In this document: one piece after another, positions 8,678 to 18,315 of the stretch | How the letters are laid out: every line of letters starts with the position of its first letter | Position numbering within the stretch: position 1 is the stretch's first letter | NCBI GenBank assembly: GCA_002839825.1 | Contig: PGYU01000001.1 | Location: 462,698 to 526,697, forward strand | Reading direction: 5' to 3' | DNA from: Ignavibacteriae bacterium HGW-Ignavibacteriae-1 | Lineage (GTDB): Bacteria; Bacteroidota; Ignavibacteria; Kapaibacteriales; UBA2268 | DNA: 64,000 bases | Position numbers and translations under genes: made by a program | The notes under the pieces: model-generated | Database searches by the model: none | Told to the model about the DNA's origin: nothing | The model's input: the letters and a program-made list of their open reading frames with translations, nothing else

Positions 8678-9214
8678 ATGAGTGACATAAAAGTTACTGA
8701 CGAGTTGAATCACAAGCTAAATAAAATAAAGCTTTTAGTGATGGATGTTGATGGCACACTTACAGATGGTACAATGTATTATTCCAAAACCGGGGAAGAA
8801 CTCAAAAAATTTTCAACACGCGATGGAATGGGAATTACACTACTACGAAAAAATGATATTGAGAGTGCAATCATAACTAGCGAATATTCTCAAATATCGG
8901 AACAAAGAGCTATCAAATTACGTATAGAACATGTGGTACTTGGTAGTCGGAACAAAACCGAATCACTTATTGAATTGTCAAAAAAATTGAATTTAGAATT
9001 GAATGAAATAGCCTTCATAGGCGATGATATAAATGACGAACACGTAATGAACATCGCGGGAGTTTCGGCTTGTCCGGCAGATGCAACTAAATCAATTCAA
9101 CAAATTGCCGATTACATTTGCTCATCAAATGGCGGCAATGGGGCAGTCAGAGAATTCATAGAAGCTATTTTAAAATCTCAAAATAAAAGTATTTGTTTAA
9201 CAGAAAATTGGTAG
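8678..9214 (+). CDS. kdsC: 3-deoxy-D-manno-octulosonate 8-phosphate phosphatase (HAD IIIA)
   Basis: LLVMDVDGTLTDG, GDDINDEHVM, and a 178 aa size typical of KdsC. Confidence 0.8.
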   Translation: MSDIKVTDELNHKLNKIKLLVMDVDGTLTDGTMYYSKTGEELKKFSTRDGMGITLLRKNDIESAIITSEYSQISEQRAIKLRIEHVVLGSRNKTESLIELSKKLNLELNEIAFIGDDINDEHVMNIAGVSACPADATKSIQQIADYICSSNGGNGAVREFIEAILKSQNKSICLTENW

Positions 9215-9222
9215 GAGGATTT

Positions 9223-9648
9223 ATGTCAGGTAGTAATGATTCAGGAAATTACACACGCGGGTTTATAATCGGCGCAATTGTCGGTGGAGTATCAGGAGCA
9301 ATAACGGCTCTTTTGTTAGCACCAAAATCAGGAGTAGAACTTAGAAAAGATATTTCTGACCAATCGGTAGAATATTACACGAAAGCTGCAGATTATTTCA
9401 AGACTATGGAAGGTAAGGTAGGAGATGGTATCAACGAAGGCAAATTAAAAGCCCAAGGTATCATGGATAATGCTCGACACAAAGCAGGAGATATTCTGCA
9501 CGACGCTGAAAGTGTAATTAAAGATGCACGTTTGAAAGCATCTAATGCAAAAGATCAAATTCAGGACAGAATTGAAAATATTCGCGATGCTGCTAAAGCC
9601 GGTACAGATGCATTCAAATCTGAAATGAAATCAATCGATAACAAATAA
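9223..9648 (+). CDS. YtxH-domain protein (general stress family)
   Basis: GFIIGAIVGGVSGAITALLLAPKSGVELRKD matches the YtxH pattern. The ATG at 9223 is preceded by AGGAGG; the ORF track starts at 9193. Confidence 0.7.
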   Translation: MSGSNDSGNYTRGFIIGAIVGGVSGAITALLLAPKSGVELRKDISDQSVEYYTKAADYFKTMEGKVGDGINEGKLKAQGIMDNARHKAGDILHDAESVIKDARLKASNAKDQIQDRIENIRDAAKAGTDAFKSEMKSIDNK

Positions 9649-9662
9649 AAAATGGGATTAAC

Positions 9663-10142
9663 ATGGATGACGCGCTTAAAATCACAGGTTTGGTAGCTAT
9701 TGTTTCATTCATAATTTTGTCTTGGGTCGGAATCGTTGCCGCAATCAAAGTCGGTAAACTCTTTGAAAATATATCACTTACGTTTGATACCTTAAAGGGT
9801 GATGTTGCTGATGTAAAAGCGAAGGCACTCATATTATTCGAAGATTTACATAGCTTAAAAATAAGATTAGAACGTACTTTAGACGAATTTTCCGAACTTA
9901 AAGGGAATATCGCTGTTTCGCTTGAAAGTGTGACTGATTTGAGCGAACAGATTACAAAATCTGTCGAAAACATTGAGAGACGCACTGATAAATTTATCAG
10001 TATTATCGAACCAATTGAAAAAGTTGTTGGTAAATTTGTTGATTCTATTGCGCCGACATTAAATTACACAGGTGGCGTTGTAAGCGCTTTTTCCAAAGCT
10101 ATTTCTGCATTCTCAGGCAAGTTATTAAAGGGCAAAGGTTAA
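9663..10142 (+). CDS. DUF948-family membrane/coiled-coil protein
   Basis: An N-terminal transmembrane helix followed by coiled-coil. The family typically pairs with YtxH. Confidence 0.6.
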   Translation: MDDALKITGLVAIVSFIILSWVGIVAAIKVGKLFENISLTFDTLKGDVADVKAKALILFEDLHSLKIRLERTLDEFSELKGNIAVSLESVTDLSEQITKSVENIERRTDKFISIIEPIEKVVGKFVDSIAPTLNYTGGVVSAFSKAISAFSGKLLKGKG

Positions 10143-10153
10143 ACTTCTTGCAC

Positions 10154-10198
10154 AAAAAAAATGGGCTGATTCGTAAAAAACGATTCAGCCCTTTTTTT
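10154..10198. terminator. Bidirectional rho-independent terminator
   Basis: An A-run, then gggctgattcg...cgattcagccc, then a T7 run, between convergent genes. Confidence 0.65.
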
Positions 10199-10211
10199 AT
10201 AGTTTGCTTGT

Positions 10212-10835
10212 TTACTTTTTTCCTAATTCTGCTTTTGTTGAGAAGACATACTTTTCAGCAGCTACCCAAACACCAAACATAATGCCCGAATAGAGTAGGG
10301 TCGAAGCCAAAGTATATCTAAAAAATGGAAGTGCTTCACCAAAACAATACAAAAATCCGGCTAAAGACTTTTCATAAGGAGTATTTGTAATATCCAAACC
10401 GAAAAGCCAAGAACCAATATTTGTTAGAAAGAAGAAAACCAAAGCACTTGCCAAAGATGTCAGCGTTACATTTTTGAAGTTAATAGTCTTAATTCCAAAC
10501 ATACCTATCAAAGCAATCACAACGATTGAAAAGTAAACTATCAATGTGCTGTAATGAAATCCTGCATAATATCCCAACAAACTTTCACTGAAGAAATGTA
10601 AAAGTACATCACTCAAAAACAATACCGAAACCGGGATTAAAAAAGCAAATTTTCTGTTAGAAGCAAAGATTGCTCCGGCAAATAATGCAAGTGCTGTTAC
10701 CGGCTGAAAATTTGGGAAAACCGGAAAAAGTCTCGATAAAGCCATTATTAGAATTAGCCCGATTGCAAAAAGCATTTTATTTTGCGTTGTCATAATTTTA
10801 CACTCAATTTTAGTTAACAATACTATCAGATACAA
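10212..10835 (-). CDS. Polytopic membrane protein of unknown function (possibly an ECF S-component-like or DUF membrane family)
   Basis: Five or six hydrophobic helices and no recognisable catalytic motif. The real start is probably MTTQNK at 10793. Confidence 0.55.
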   Translation of the reverse strand: MYLIVLLTKIECKIMTTQNKMLFAIGLILIMALSRLFPVFPNFQPVTALALFAGAIFASNRKFAFLIPVSVLFLSDVLLHFFSESLLGYYAGFHYSTLIVYFSIVVIALIGMFGIKTINFKNVTLTSLASALVFFFLTNIGSWLFGLDITNTPYEKSLAGFLYCFGEALPFFRYTLASTLLYSGIMFGVWVAAEKYVFSTKAELGKK

Positions 10836-11035
10836 AAATATTCAAAATAAGTCATAAACACAAATATTAAACTCAATAGGGTAGAAATCAAAAACATTAG
10901 TTCATATAATTTGAAAACTTTAGTTTACATAATGTTGATTATATTGCATAAATATTAATCTTGGTTTTTCAAAATCTTCTTAAAAAACTTCAGAAAGCTC
11001 CTGTCAATTAGTATCAATTTTGTTCAGAATGCAGT

Positions 11036-12322
11036 TTACAGATTACATTCAGTATATTGGTTGTTGTTTATCGAATAGATTGGTTTGCCTTTCAAAACTA
11101 ATTTATCAAATGGTGTATTTTGAGATTTCGATTTAAAAAGTTGTTTATTAACAGTCCATTCTAATTCAGGATTGAAAATTGTAAGATTTGCCCTTTCGCC
11201 TACTTTGATTTCAATTGATTCCAAATTCAAAATCTTTCGTGGATTAACAGACATTTTTTCGATAATTTGGTTCAAATTCAAATGTCCTGCATGATAAAGA
11301 TACGTCAGCGAGAGTCCCAATGAGGTCTCTAAGCCAATGATACCATTTGGAGAATTTTCCAATTCTACATGTTTTTCGTGCAAACTATGTGGTGCATGGT
11401 CAGTAGCTATGCAATCAATCGTGCCATCTTTCAATCCTTCGATAATTGCATCCACGTCTGATTTAGCTCTCAGTGGCGGATTCATTTTATAATTTGAATC
11501 ATATGAAGTTAGATAATCATCTGTGAGAATAAAATGGTGCGGAGCAGCTTCAGATGTTACTCTTTGCCCGTCAGCCTTGGCTTTTCTGATTAATTGGACT
11601 GTCCCGGCAGTGCTTATATGCTGCGGGTGATACCGACGGTTGCCTGTATAAAGTGCAATCATCAAATCACGAGCGACAATCATTTCTTCGGCGATACTTG
11701 GGTAACCTTTCAATCCAAGTTTATATGCTAAAGCACCGTCATTCATGGCAAAATTCTTTGTCAAAGTGTGCTCTTCGCAATGCTGAGACAAGAGATAATC
11801 AAATGGTGCGGCATATTCAAAAGCGAGTTTCATAACATCCGCACGGCTTACGGCTGATCCATCATCAGTAAAAAGCACGACCCCCGCATCGCTTAATTCA
11901 ATCATCGGTGTAATATGGTCGCCTTTGCGTTCTTTCGTTATCGCTGCAGATATATACACATCTGTTAGTAAGCCCTTGGACTTGCTTTTGATATACTCCA
12001 CAACAGTTACGTCGTCAATTGCCGGCTCGGTATTCGGCATACAAACTACGCCTGTAAACCCACCATTAGCTGCGGAATCTGTTCCGGTTTGGATTGTTTC
12101 TTTATGCTCTTGCCCGGGTTGTCTGAAATGCACGTGCATATCAAATAATCCCGGTGAGGCTACTAAATCTTTCGAATCAACAATTTGGGTTTGCGAATCT
12201 GCGTTTATCGCAGAACTTGTCATTTCTGCTATGAATCCATCTTTTACTAAGATATTAAGCCGAGTATCAAGTTTTTGACTCGGTGATATTACTCTGATGT
12301 CATTGAATAATAAATTCATCAA
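11036..12322 (-). CDS. pyrC: Dihydroorotase
   Basis: DMHVHFRQPG metal-binding motif and an amidohydrolase fold. Length is 428 aa. Confidence 0.85.
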   Translation of the reverse strand: MMNLLFNDIRVISPSQKLDTRLNILVKDGFIAEMTSSAINADSQTQIVDSKDLVASPGLFDMHVHFRQPGQEHKETIQTGTDSAANGGFTGVVCMPNTEPAIDDVTVVEYIKSKSKGLLTDVYISAAITKERKGDHITPMIELSDAGVVLFTDDGSAVSRADVMKLAFEYAAPFDYLLSQHCEEHTLTKNFAMNDGALAYKLGLKGYPSIAEEMIVARDLMIALYTGNRRYHPQHISTAGTVQLIRKAKADGQRVTSEAAPHHFILTDDYLTSYDSNYKMNPPLRAKSDVDAIIEGLKDGTIDCIATDHAPHSLHEKHVELENSPNGIIGLETSLGLSLTYLYHAGHLNLNQIIEKMSVNPRKILNLESIEIKVGERANLTIFNPELEWTVNKQLFKSKSQNTPFDKLVLKGKPIYSINNNQYTECNL

Positions 12323-12370
12323 TTTTCCGGTTCTGGTACAAAATAAGTTTACAAATTTAACATAATTATA

Positions 12371-12898
12371 TCAAAATGGCTCTGATTCGCTTTGGTTAGT
12401 GCAAATCTTATCATAAAAACGTGTTGCTTCCATGTTGCCCATATCCGAAGCCGTTTTCCAATCGTGGCAAGCCGATTCTAAATCGTTCATTTCGTAATAT
12501 GCCCTGCCACGTTCAAATATTGCATCAGTGTCATCATTATATATTGATAACAAAATCGTGTAGTCTTTGACAACATCTTTGAAATTCCCGATTTTGGAAT
12601 TCAAAGTTGCCCTACTGTGAAATGCTCGGACATAATTAGGTTTAATTTCAATAGTTTTGGTGTAACATTCAATAGCTTTTTCATAATCTTCAAGTCCTTC
12701 TTGGGCAACACCGCTATAATAATGTGCTTCAGCATTACTCGAATCTTGCGATATGATTTCGTCAAGCTTGGCAAGTGCGCTCTCGAAAGATTTTGAATTG
12801 ATTAATCCGACTGCGATTTTGATTTTTTCTTCTTTTGTTTCCGAACAGGAGAACAAAATTGTTGCTAAAAGCAACATTGGTAAAATTTTATAAAACAT
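12371..12898 (-). CDS. TPR-repeat lipoprotein
   Basis: Lipobox LFSCSE followed by TPR-like repeats. Confidence 0.6.
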   Translation of the reverse strand: MFYKILPMLLLATILFSCSETKEEKIKIAVGLINSKSFESALAKLDEIISQDSSNAEAHYYSGVAQEGLEDYEKAIECYTKTIEIKPNYVRAFHSRATLNSKIGNFKDVVKDYTILLSIYNDDTDAIFERGRAYYEMNDLESACHDWKTASDMGNMEATRFYDKICTNQSESEPF

Positions 12899-12944
12899 TT
12901 TCTCCTCGTCATAAAAATATTTGTAAAATTACGTAATTTCGGAG

Positions 12945-13523
12945 TCAAAATAAAGAGATTTGTTTGCTGAAGAATTTTTTTAGAAATGTCATTCGATGTA
13001 AAGGGCAAATTCCATACTTAGCAATAGCATCAAAATGCTCTCGAGTTGCATAGCCTTTGTGTTTTGCAAAATTATACTGAGGATATAATTCGTGAGCTAC
13101 ATTAGTCATCCAATTGTCTCGATGAACTTTTGCCATAATTGATGCTGCTGAGATTTGCGAAATGAAGGTATCCCCTTTCACAACAGCTTCAGCCTTGTAA
13201 GGCAAAGTTTTTGGGATGCTGTTTCCATCAATATAAACAAAATCTGGTTTGATTTTGAGCATTTCAACAGCCATGACCATAGCTTTATGGGTTGCTTGAA
13301 GTATGTTTATTTCATCAACAACTATATTATCCAACTCGGCTACTGCATAATTAACAGCATTTTCCTGAATTTCGCGATAAAGCTGGACACGATGAGAATG
13401 AGAAATTTGTTTAGAATCAATAATTTGGGGATTTTGATAATCATCCGGCAATATTACACAGGCGGCTACAACAGGACCTGCCAAAGGACCTCTACCCACT
13501 TCATCAACTCCGGCTATAATCAT
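12945..13523 (-). CDS. rnhB: Ribonuclease HII
   Basis: MIIAGVDEVGRGPLAGPVVAACVIL is the canonical RNase HII N-terminus. Confidence 0.9.
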   Translation of the reverse strand: MIIAGVDEVGRGPLAGPVVAACVILPDDYQNPQIIDSKQISHSHRVQLYREIQENAVNYAVAELDNIVVDEINILQATHKAMVMAVEMLKIKPDFVYIDGNSIPKTLPYKAEAVVKGDTFISQISAASIMAKVHRDNWMTNVAHELYPQYNFAKHKGYATREHFDAIAKYGICPLHRMTFLKKFFSKQISLF

Positions 13524-13607
13524 GACATTTAAATTTAATAATGTTATATTCTAATTACTTGCAATCATTCATCTAATAATATATATCAACTTTTCTTTCT
13601 ATTGTTA

Positions 13608-14243
13608 TTATTTTCCAATGAGTTTAAGGAATTCATTTCTTAAATTCAAATCATCGAGTAAATAGCCTCTTAGCACAGAAGTAGTCATATATGAGTTTTC
13701 CTCGGATGAGCTGACTCCACGTGCTATCATGCAGTAATGCTTCGCATTTATCACAACTCCGAGTGCCTTTGGTTTGAGCAAATCTTCCAAATAATCAGCA
13801 ATTTGCTCTCCCATTTCTTCCTGAATCTGTCCACGTCTGGAGAACCAATTTACAATCCTGGTAAGTTTCGACAGCCCAATGATAAATTTCCCGGGTATGT
13901 ATCCAATAGCACAATTGCCTGAAATTGTTTGCCAGTGATGCGAACAAACCGACATCACCTCTATTCCCTTGCTAATAATCAAATTATTGACATGGTTTCG
14001 GTTCGGGAATACAGTCAGTTGCGGTGGCTCGGAATATCTGCCTTCGAACAACTCGTTAACATACATTTTGGCGAGTCTTTTGGGAGTATTTGTAGAATTT
14101 GGGTCATCCGATGAAATTTTCAAAATTTCAAAAACTTCTGCGAATTTTTGTTCAAGCTGACTTATCATATGATTGAGTTCAGCTTCAGTCTGCGGTTTAT
14201 TACCATTAGAGTCAAAGGCATCTGTAGTTTGCTTTATTTCCAT
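13608..14243 (-). CDS. folE: GTP cyclohydrolase I
   Basis: CSHHWQT...GNCAIGYIPG...GLSKLTRIVNWFSRRGQIQEEMGEQIA matches the FolE CEHH/GKxHIAYIP/QVQERLT region. Confidence 0.8.
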   Translation of the reverse strand: MEIKQTTDAFDSNGNKPQTEAELNHMISQLEQKFAEVFEILKISSDDPNSTNTPKRLAKMYVNELFEGRYSEPPQLTVFPNRNHVNNLIISKGIEVMSVCSHHWQTISGNCAIGYIPGKFIIGLSKLTRIVNWFSRRGQIQEEMGEQIADYLEDLLKPKALGVVINAKHYCMIARGVSSSEENSYMTTSVLRGYLLDDLNLRNEFLKLIGK

Positions 14244-14249
14244 TGTGTT

Positions 14250-14717
14250 TTATTTTAGGTCGTAAATAGGTATTTCAATATGTTCTCCGAAGTATTCAAC
14301 CCAACTGTTTTCGGATTCGAACAATCGAATTTTAAAGAGTTTTCCTGAAGTGATTTTTGGTGAAAGGATGTTCCAAAATACAACAGCAATATTTTCAGCA
14401 CTTGGAATTATGCCCTTCAAAAAAGGTACATCATAATTGAGGTGCTTGTGGTCAACGTATTCGAAGATTTCATTTTTTAGAATTTGCTTCAATTTCTTAA
14501 GGTCAATTACGTAGCCTGTACTAGGGTCCGGAATTCCGGCAACAGTTACTTCTAATGTATAATTGTGACCATGCCCCATGATATTATTGCACTTATCAAA
14601 TATTTCTTCATTTTGAGCATCTGTAAAGGTCGGATTGAATAATCTGTGTGCAGCAGAAAATTTAATCTTTTTTGTAACATAGAGCATACGAAGCCTTAAT
14701 ATTGATGAAATCGTCAT
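14250..14717 (-). CDS. queD: 6-carboxy-5,6,7,8-tetrahydropterin synthase / 6-pyruvoyl-tetrahydropterin synthase family
   Basis: KFSAAHRL ... C..x..HGHNY motif. It is adjacent to folE. The probable start is MLYVTKK (14684). Confidence 0.75.
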   Translation of the reverse strand: MTISSILRLRMLYVTKKIKFSAAHRLFNPTFTDAQNEEIFDKCNNIMGHGHNYTLEVTVAGIPDPSTGYVIDLKKLKQILKNEIFEYVDHKHLNYDVPFLKGIIPSAENIAVVFWNILSPKITSGKLFKIRLFESENSWVEYFGEHIEIPIYDLK

Positions 14718-14797
14718 AACTAATACGCTTTAAAGACGTCATAAATTATCATATATTTAGTACTTTTGATGTTTATCCAAATGGGGAATTACAATTA

Positions 14798-15550
14798 ATG
14801 AAAAAGTTAATATACTTAATGCTTATAATGCTTATGTTTTCATGTTCAAGCGTGAAAGACAAAAGCTCAGGAACCGCTTTAGAGCTTGAAAAGTTAGCAA
14901 AATCAGATTTGAATGCCATGATTGTAACGGGAAAAATGGATGCTGCTTTTGAATCCAAAAGTTATAATTTTGCTTTCAAAATGGTGATTGGGCAAAGTGA
15001 TTCACTTGAAATGGAAGTATTTGGACCATTTGGAGTGTCTGTAGGTAAATTATTTGCAGATGAGAAAAATTTCACATTCCTTAACTCATTTGAAAATCGG
15101 ATTTACAAAGGTAAATCATCTATGGAAAATTTCAAACGAGCATTTCGGATTATGATTTCAATCAAAGAACTCATTGCATTGGTGAGAAATTCTTTGCCCT
15201 ATTCACAAATGGAATATGTAATTTCAGAATCCTCTGAAGCTGGTAATTTATATAAATACATTGCTCCCACAGGCGAATTCGCTGATTTTCTTTTTGTGAA
15301 CAACAGTGGAATTACAAAATTCCAAAGGAAAGAAACCGGAAATATACTTTCAATGAATGCCGATATGTCTAATTTTGAATTAATCGACAATTACAGTTTA
15401 GCTAAAACGATTAACTGGTCGTTTCCTTCAGCGAAAGCAGATTTGAACATCAAGATTGATAAGTTTACGATTAACCCTGAAGGCGTCAAACCGAAAATGT
15501 TTACATACAGTAGTAACATGACTGTAATTGATTTGGACACCATTGAATGA
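14798..15550 (+). CDS. Hypothetical lipoprotein (possibly LolA-like fold), translationally coupled to the LptD-like gene
   Basis: Lipobox LMFSCSS. Its stop overlaps the next start in an ATGA 4 bp overlap. Confidence 0.6.
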   Translation: MKKLIYLMLIMLMFSCSSVKDKSSGTALELEKLAKSDLNAMIVTGKMDAAFESKSYNFAFKMVIGQSDSLEMEVFGPFGVSVGKLFADEKNFTFLNSFENRIYKGKSSMENFKRAFRIMISIKELIALVRNSLPYSQMEYVISESSEAGNLYKYIAPTGEFADFLFVNNSGITKFQRKETGNILSMNADMSNFELIDNYSLAKTINWSFPSAKADLNIKIDKFTINPEGVKPKMFTYSSNMTVIDLDTIE

Positions 15551-18237
15551 TAAAATCATTTGCAATAATGATATTTTTGATACTGATTGGTAATGGTACT
15601 CTGAATGCTCAGGATACCTTACTAATCAATGATAGTGAAATACCTATTGCAATTGTTGATACTTTGAATCCACAGAATCGAGTGGATTCTATACAATACG
15701 AGTTTCTAAGAGCCCAAGCCGCGAACAAAGCTAAAAGTTCAGGTTTGGATACAACTGTATATTACAAATCTGAAGATAGCATATCATTTAACGTCAAAAC
15801 TCAGATTATGAGATTGAAAACCGAAGCTCAGATAAAATATAAAACACAAACTTTAGAATCGGACGTAATTGAACTCGAATTTAAGGAATCGCTTCTCAGG
15901 GCAAAAGGCACTATTGATACCACCGGTAGATTGAAGGGCTACCCAAAATTTGATGATGCCGGAGAAACTTTTTATGGAGAGAATATCAAATTCAACTTCC
16001 GAACAAGCCAAGGCGTAATCAATGTCGGCGAGACTCAAATCAACGAAGGATTTTATTACGGCACTAAGATAAAACGCATATCTAATGACCAGCTGTTCGT
16101 TGAAGGAGGTTATTACACTACTTGTGACAATCCTGAACCGCATTTTCATTTTGCTTCAGAGCATATGAAAATCATTACCGAAGATAGAGTTTTCTTAGAC
16201 CCTTTAGTGCTGTATATCGAAGATTTGCCTGTGTTAATGATACCATTCGGACTATTTTTCCCGAGTAAAAGTGGCAGACAAAGCGGATTGATAGTTCCAT
16301 CTTTCTTCTTTTCAAAAAGTCGTGGTGTTGTATTTCAAAATCTTGGTTTCTATTGGGCTGCATCTGATTATTGGGACTCGCAAATCACCACAGATATTTA
16401 TTCTAAGGGCGGATATATGCTCAAGAATTCTACCCGATGGGCTTTAAGGGACTACTTTACGGGTAATTTAAATGTAGAATATGGCAGAACTCGTTTCAAT
16501 GTGGAAGAAGAATATCAAACGAATTGGAAATTCATACTCAATCATAATCACACTATTACCCCGCAAGATAACTTGGTGGTCAATCTTGATTTTTCATCGC
16601 AAAATTTCAACAAAAACACGCTCATAAACAATTATGATTTCATCAAGCAATCAATCACTTCAAATGCTTCATATACCAAACAATTCGATAATAGAGCTTC
16701 TTTATCATTATCTTTCGGAAGAGACCAAAACATCATTACCGATGAATTTAATCAAAACTCAAATCTCAGACTGAATTTTCCATCATATAAGTTTTTGAAT
16801 TCAATCAAGACTGCTCCGCGATGGGTGCAAGATGTACAAGTCAACTACTCTTTTAATGCTAATTATTCTACAGACAAAAGAGCTACCACTGTCATTGATA
16901 CTGCTTTCAATGATACAACTAACTCGTTTATTTTTGACAATCGCTATAGAATTGAGCATCGTCCGGGAATAAGCATATCTCCCAAGTTAGGCTTCTTTAC
17001 TGTTAGTCCGGCAGTTTCATTTTCGATGAATAACTATTTCAGGAAAGTTGACAAAACATATAATCCTTCGGATTCGACAGTCACAGCTGATACGACAGAT
17101 GGATTTTTTACGGAATATACATACGGATTTAGCCTTTCCACGACGACGAAAATATATGGTATGATGGATGACCAAAGACCTTTCCTGGGATTGATTAAAC
17201 CTACATTGTTAGGATTCAAAGCATTGCGTCATACATACAATCCAACATTTAGCTGGCGAATCACTCCAGACCAATCTTCAGGTGACAGCCCATTTTTCGG
17301 CAAATACTATGATGAGAGAAGCGAGCGAGAAATCGTTTATTCACGGTTTGAAATTGATGGTGGCGGAATTGCCTCGAGAAATTTTTCGAGTATGATAAGT
17401 TATAGCGATTTGCATAGCTTTGAAATCAAAGTCAAACAAGGCGACACTTTGCCGGATAAAAATTTAGAGTTATTGAGGCTGAATACTTCAACATCGTGGA
17501 ATTTTACAGATAAAAAATTGAGTGATATAGGACTTCAATTCAGGTCTCCGGCATTGAATTTTGTTGAGTTTTCGGGGAATGCTCGTTTTACAGTATATGA
17601 TGAAGAAATTCAATTAGTCCAAGATACGATTACAGGCGATGTAAGCCGACGTTACGCACCGACGAAGAATTTTTTGATTAGCGAAGGCAAAGGTTTGGGC
17701 AGACTTACGAATTTGTCTCTGAGCCTCTCGACAAGTTTCTCGTCCAAAGGTATAGTAGTTGGGTCGGGTTTTGGCTCTCCTGAAACGGATACAACTCAAA
17801 TCGAAGATGTAGAATTTGGGCAACGATTCCAACAAAGACACGATTACGAATATCTGGAACCTGACATATTTGGCGATAGAAGCCCGGGATATACACCTAT
17901 AAACGTTCCTTGGAGTTTGAACTTCAGATTGAGTTATAGTTATTCACGCGCCTCAATTAATCCCGATTCACGTACCGAATCAATAAGTTTGTCTTTTGGT
18001 GCTACGGCAAGCCTTACCGAAACTTGGTCTTTAAACACTTCCGGCGGCTATGATTTCATCAATAAAGAATTTAATATACCTCAGATGAATCTTGTAAAAG
18101 ACTTGCATTGCTGGGAATTGATTTTCAATTGGACTCCAATAGGAAGAAATAACGGATTTTATCTCAAAGTCGGCATCAGAACTCCTCAGTTAAAAGATTT
18201 GAAGTATGAAATGAGAAATAACCCAATGTTGAGATAA
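15547..18237 (+). CDS. lptD: LptD/OstA-family outer membrane protein (LPS assembly), Bacteroidota-type
   Basis: Signal peptide. An N-terminal OstA/LptA-like beta-jellyroll region (…GETQINEGFYYGTKI…GGYYTTCD), followed by ~600 aa of beta-rich sequence consistent with a large barrel. Confidence 0.5.
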   Translation: MIKSFAIMIFLILIGNGTLNAQDTLLINDSEIPIAIVDTLNPQNRVDSIQYEFLRAQAANKAKSSGLDTTVYYKSEDSISFNVKTQIMRLKTEAQIKYKTQTLESDVIELEFKESLLRAKGTIDTTGRLKGYPKFDDAGETFYGENIKFNFRTSQGVINVGETQINEGFYYGTKIKRISNDQLFVEGGYYTTCDNPEPHFHFASEHMKIITEDRVFLDPLVLYIEDLPVLMIPFGLFFPSKSGRQSGLIVPSFFFSKSRGVVFQNLGFYWAASDYWDSQITTDIYSKGGYMLKNSTRWALRDYFTGNLNVEYGRTRFNVEEEYQTNWKFILNHNHTITPQDNLVVNLDFSSQNFNKNTLINNYDFIKQSITSNASYTKQFDNRASLSLSFGRDQNIITDEFNQNSNLRLNFPSYKFLNSIKTAPRWVQDVQVNYSFNANYSTDKRATTVIDTAFNDTTNSFIFDNRYRIEHRPGISISPKLGFFTVSPAVSFSMNNYFRKVDKTYNPSDSTVTADTTDGFFTEYTYGFSLSTTTKIYGMMDDQRPFLGLIKPTLLGFKALRHTYNPTFSWRITPDQSSGDSPFFGKYYDERSEREIVYSRFEIDGGGIASRNFSSMISYSDLHSFEIKVKQGDTLPDKNLELLRLNTSTSWNFTDKKLSDIGLQFRSPALNFVEFSGNARFTVYDEEIQLVQDTITGDVSRRYAPTKNFLISEGKGLGRLTNLSLSLSTSFSSKGIVVGSGFGSPETDTTQIEDVEFGQRFQQRHDYEYLEPDIFGDRSPGYTPINVPWSLNFRLSYSYSRASINPDSRTESISLSFGATASLTETWSLNTSGGYDFINKEFNIPQMNLVKDLHCWELIFNWTPIGRNNGFYLKVGIRTPQLKDLKYEMRNNPMLR

Positions 18238-18315
18238 TCTTAATATGCTTTTAACACTTTAATTTAAGCGAAAACTATTTATTTTTCGTATATTTATATT
18301 TTATAATTTATCAGA

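Noticed and set aside
10212-10835. Possible QueT/ECF S-component linked to folE-queD
   Set aside because: It is three genes and about 2.8 kb away from folE on a separate transcription unit. The sequence gives only generic polytopic-membrane features, so it is left as a hypothetical membrane protein.
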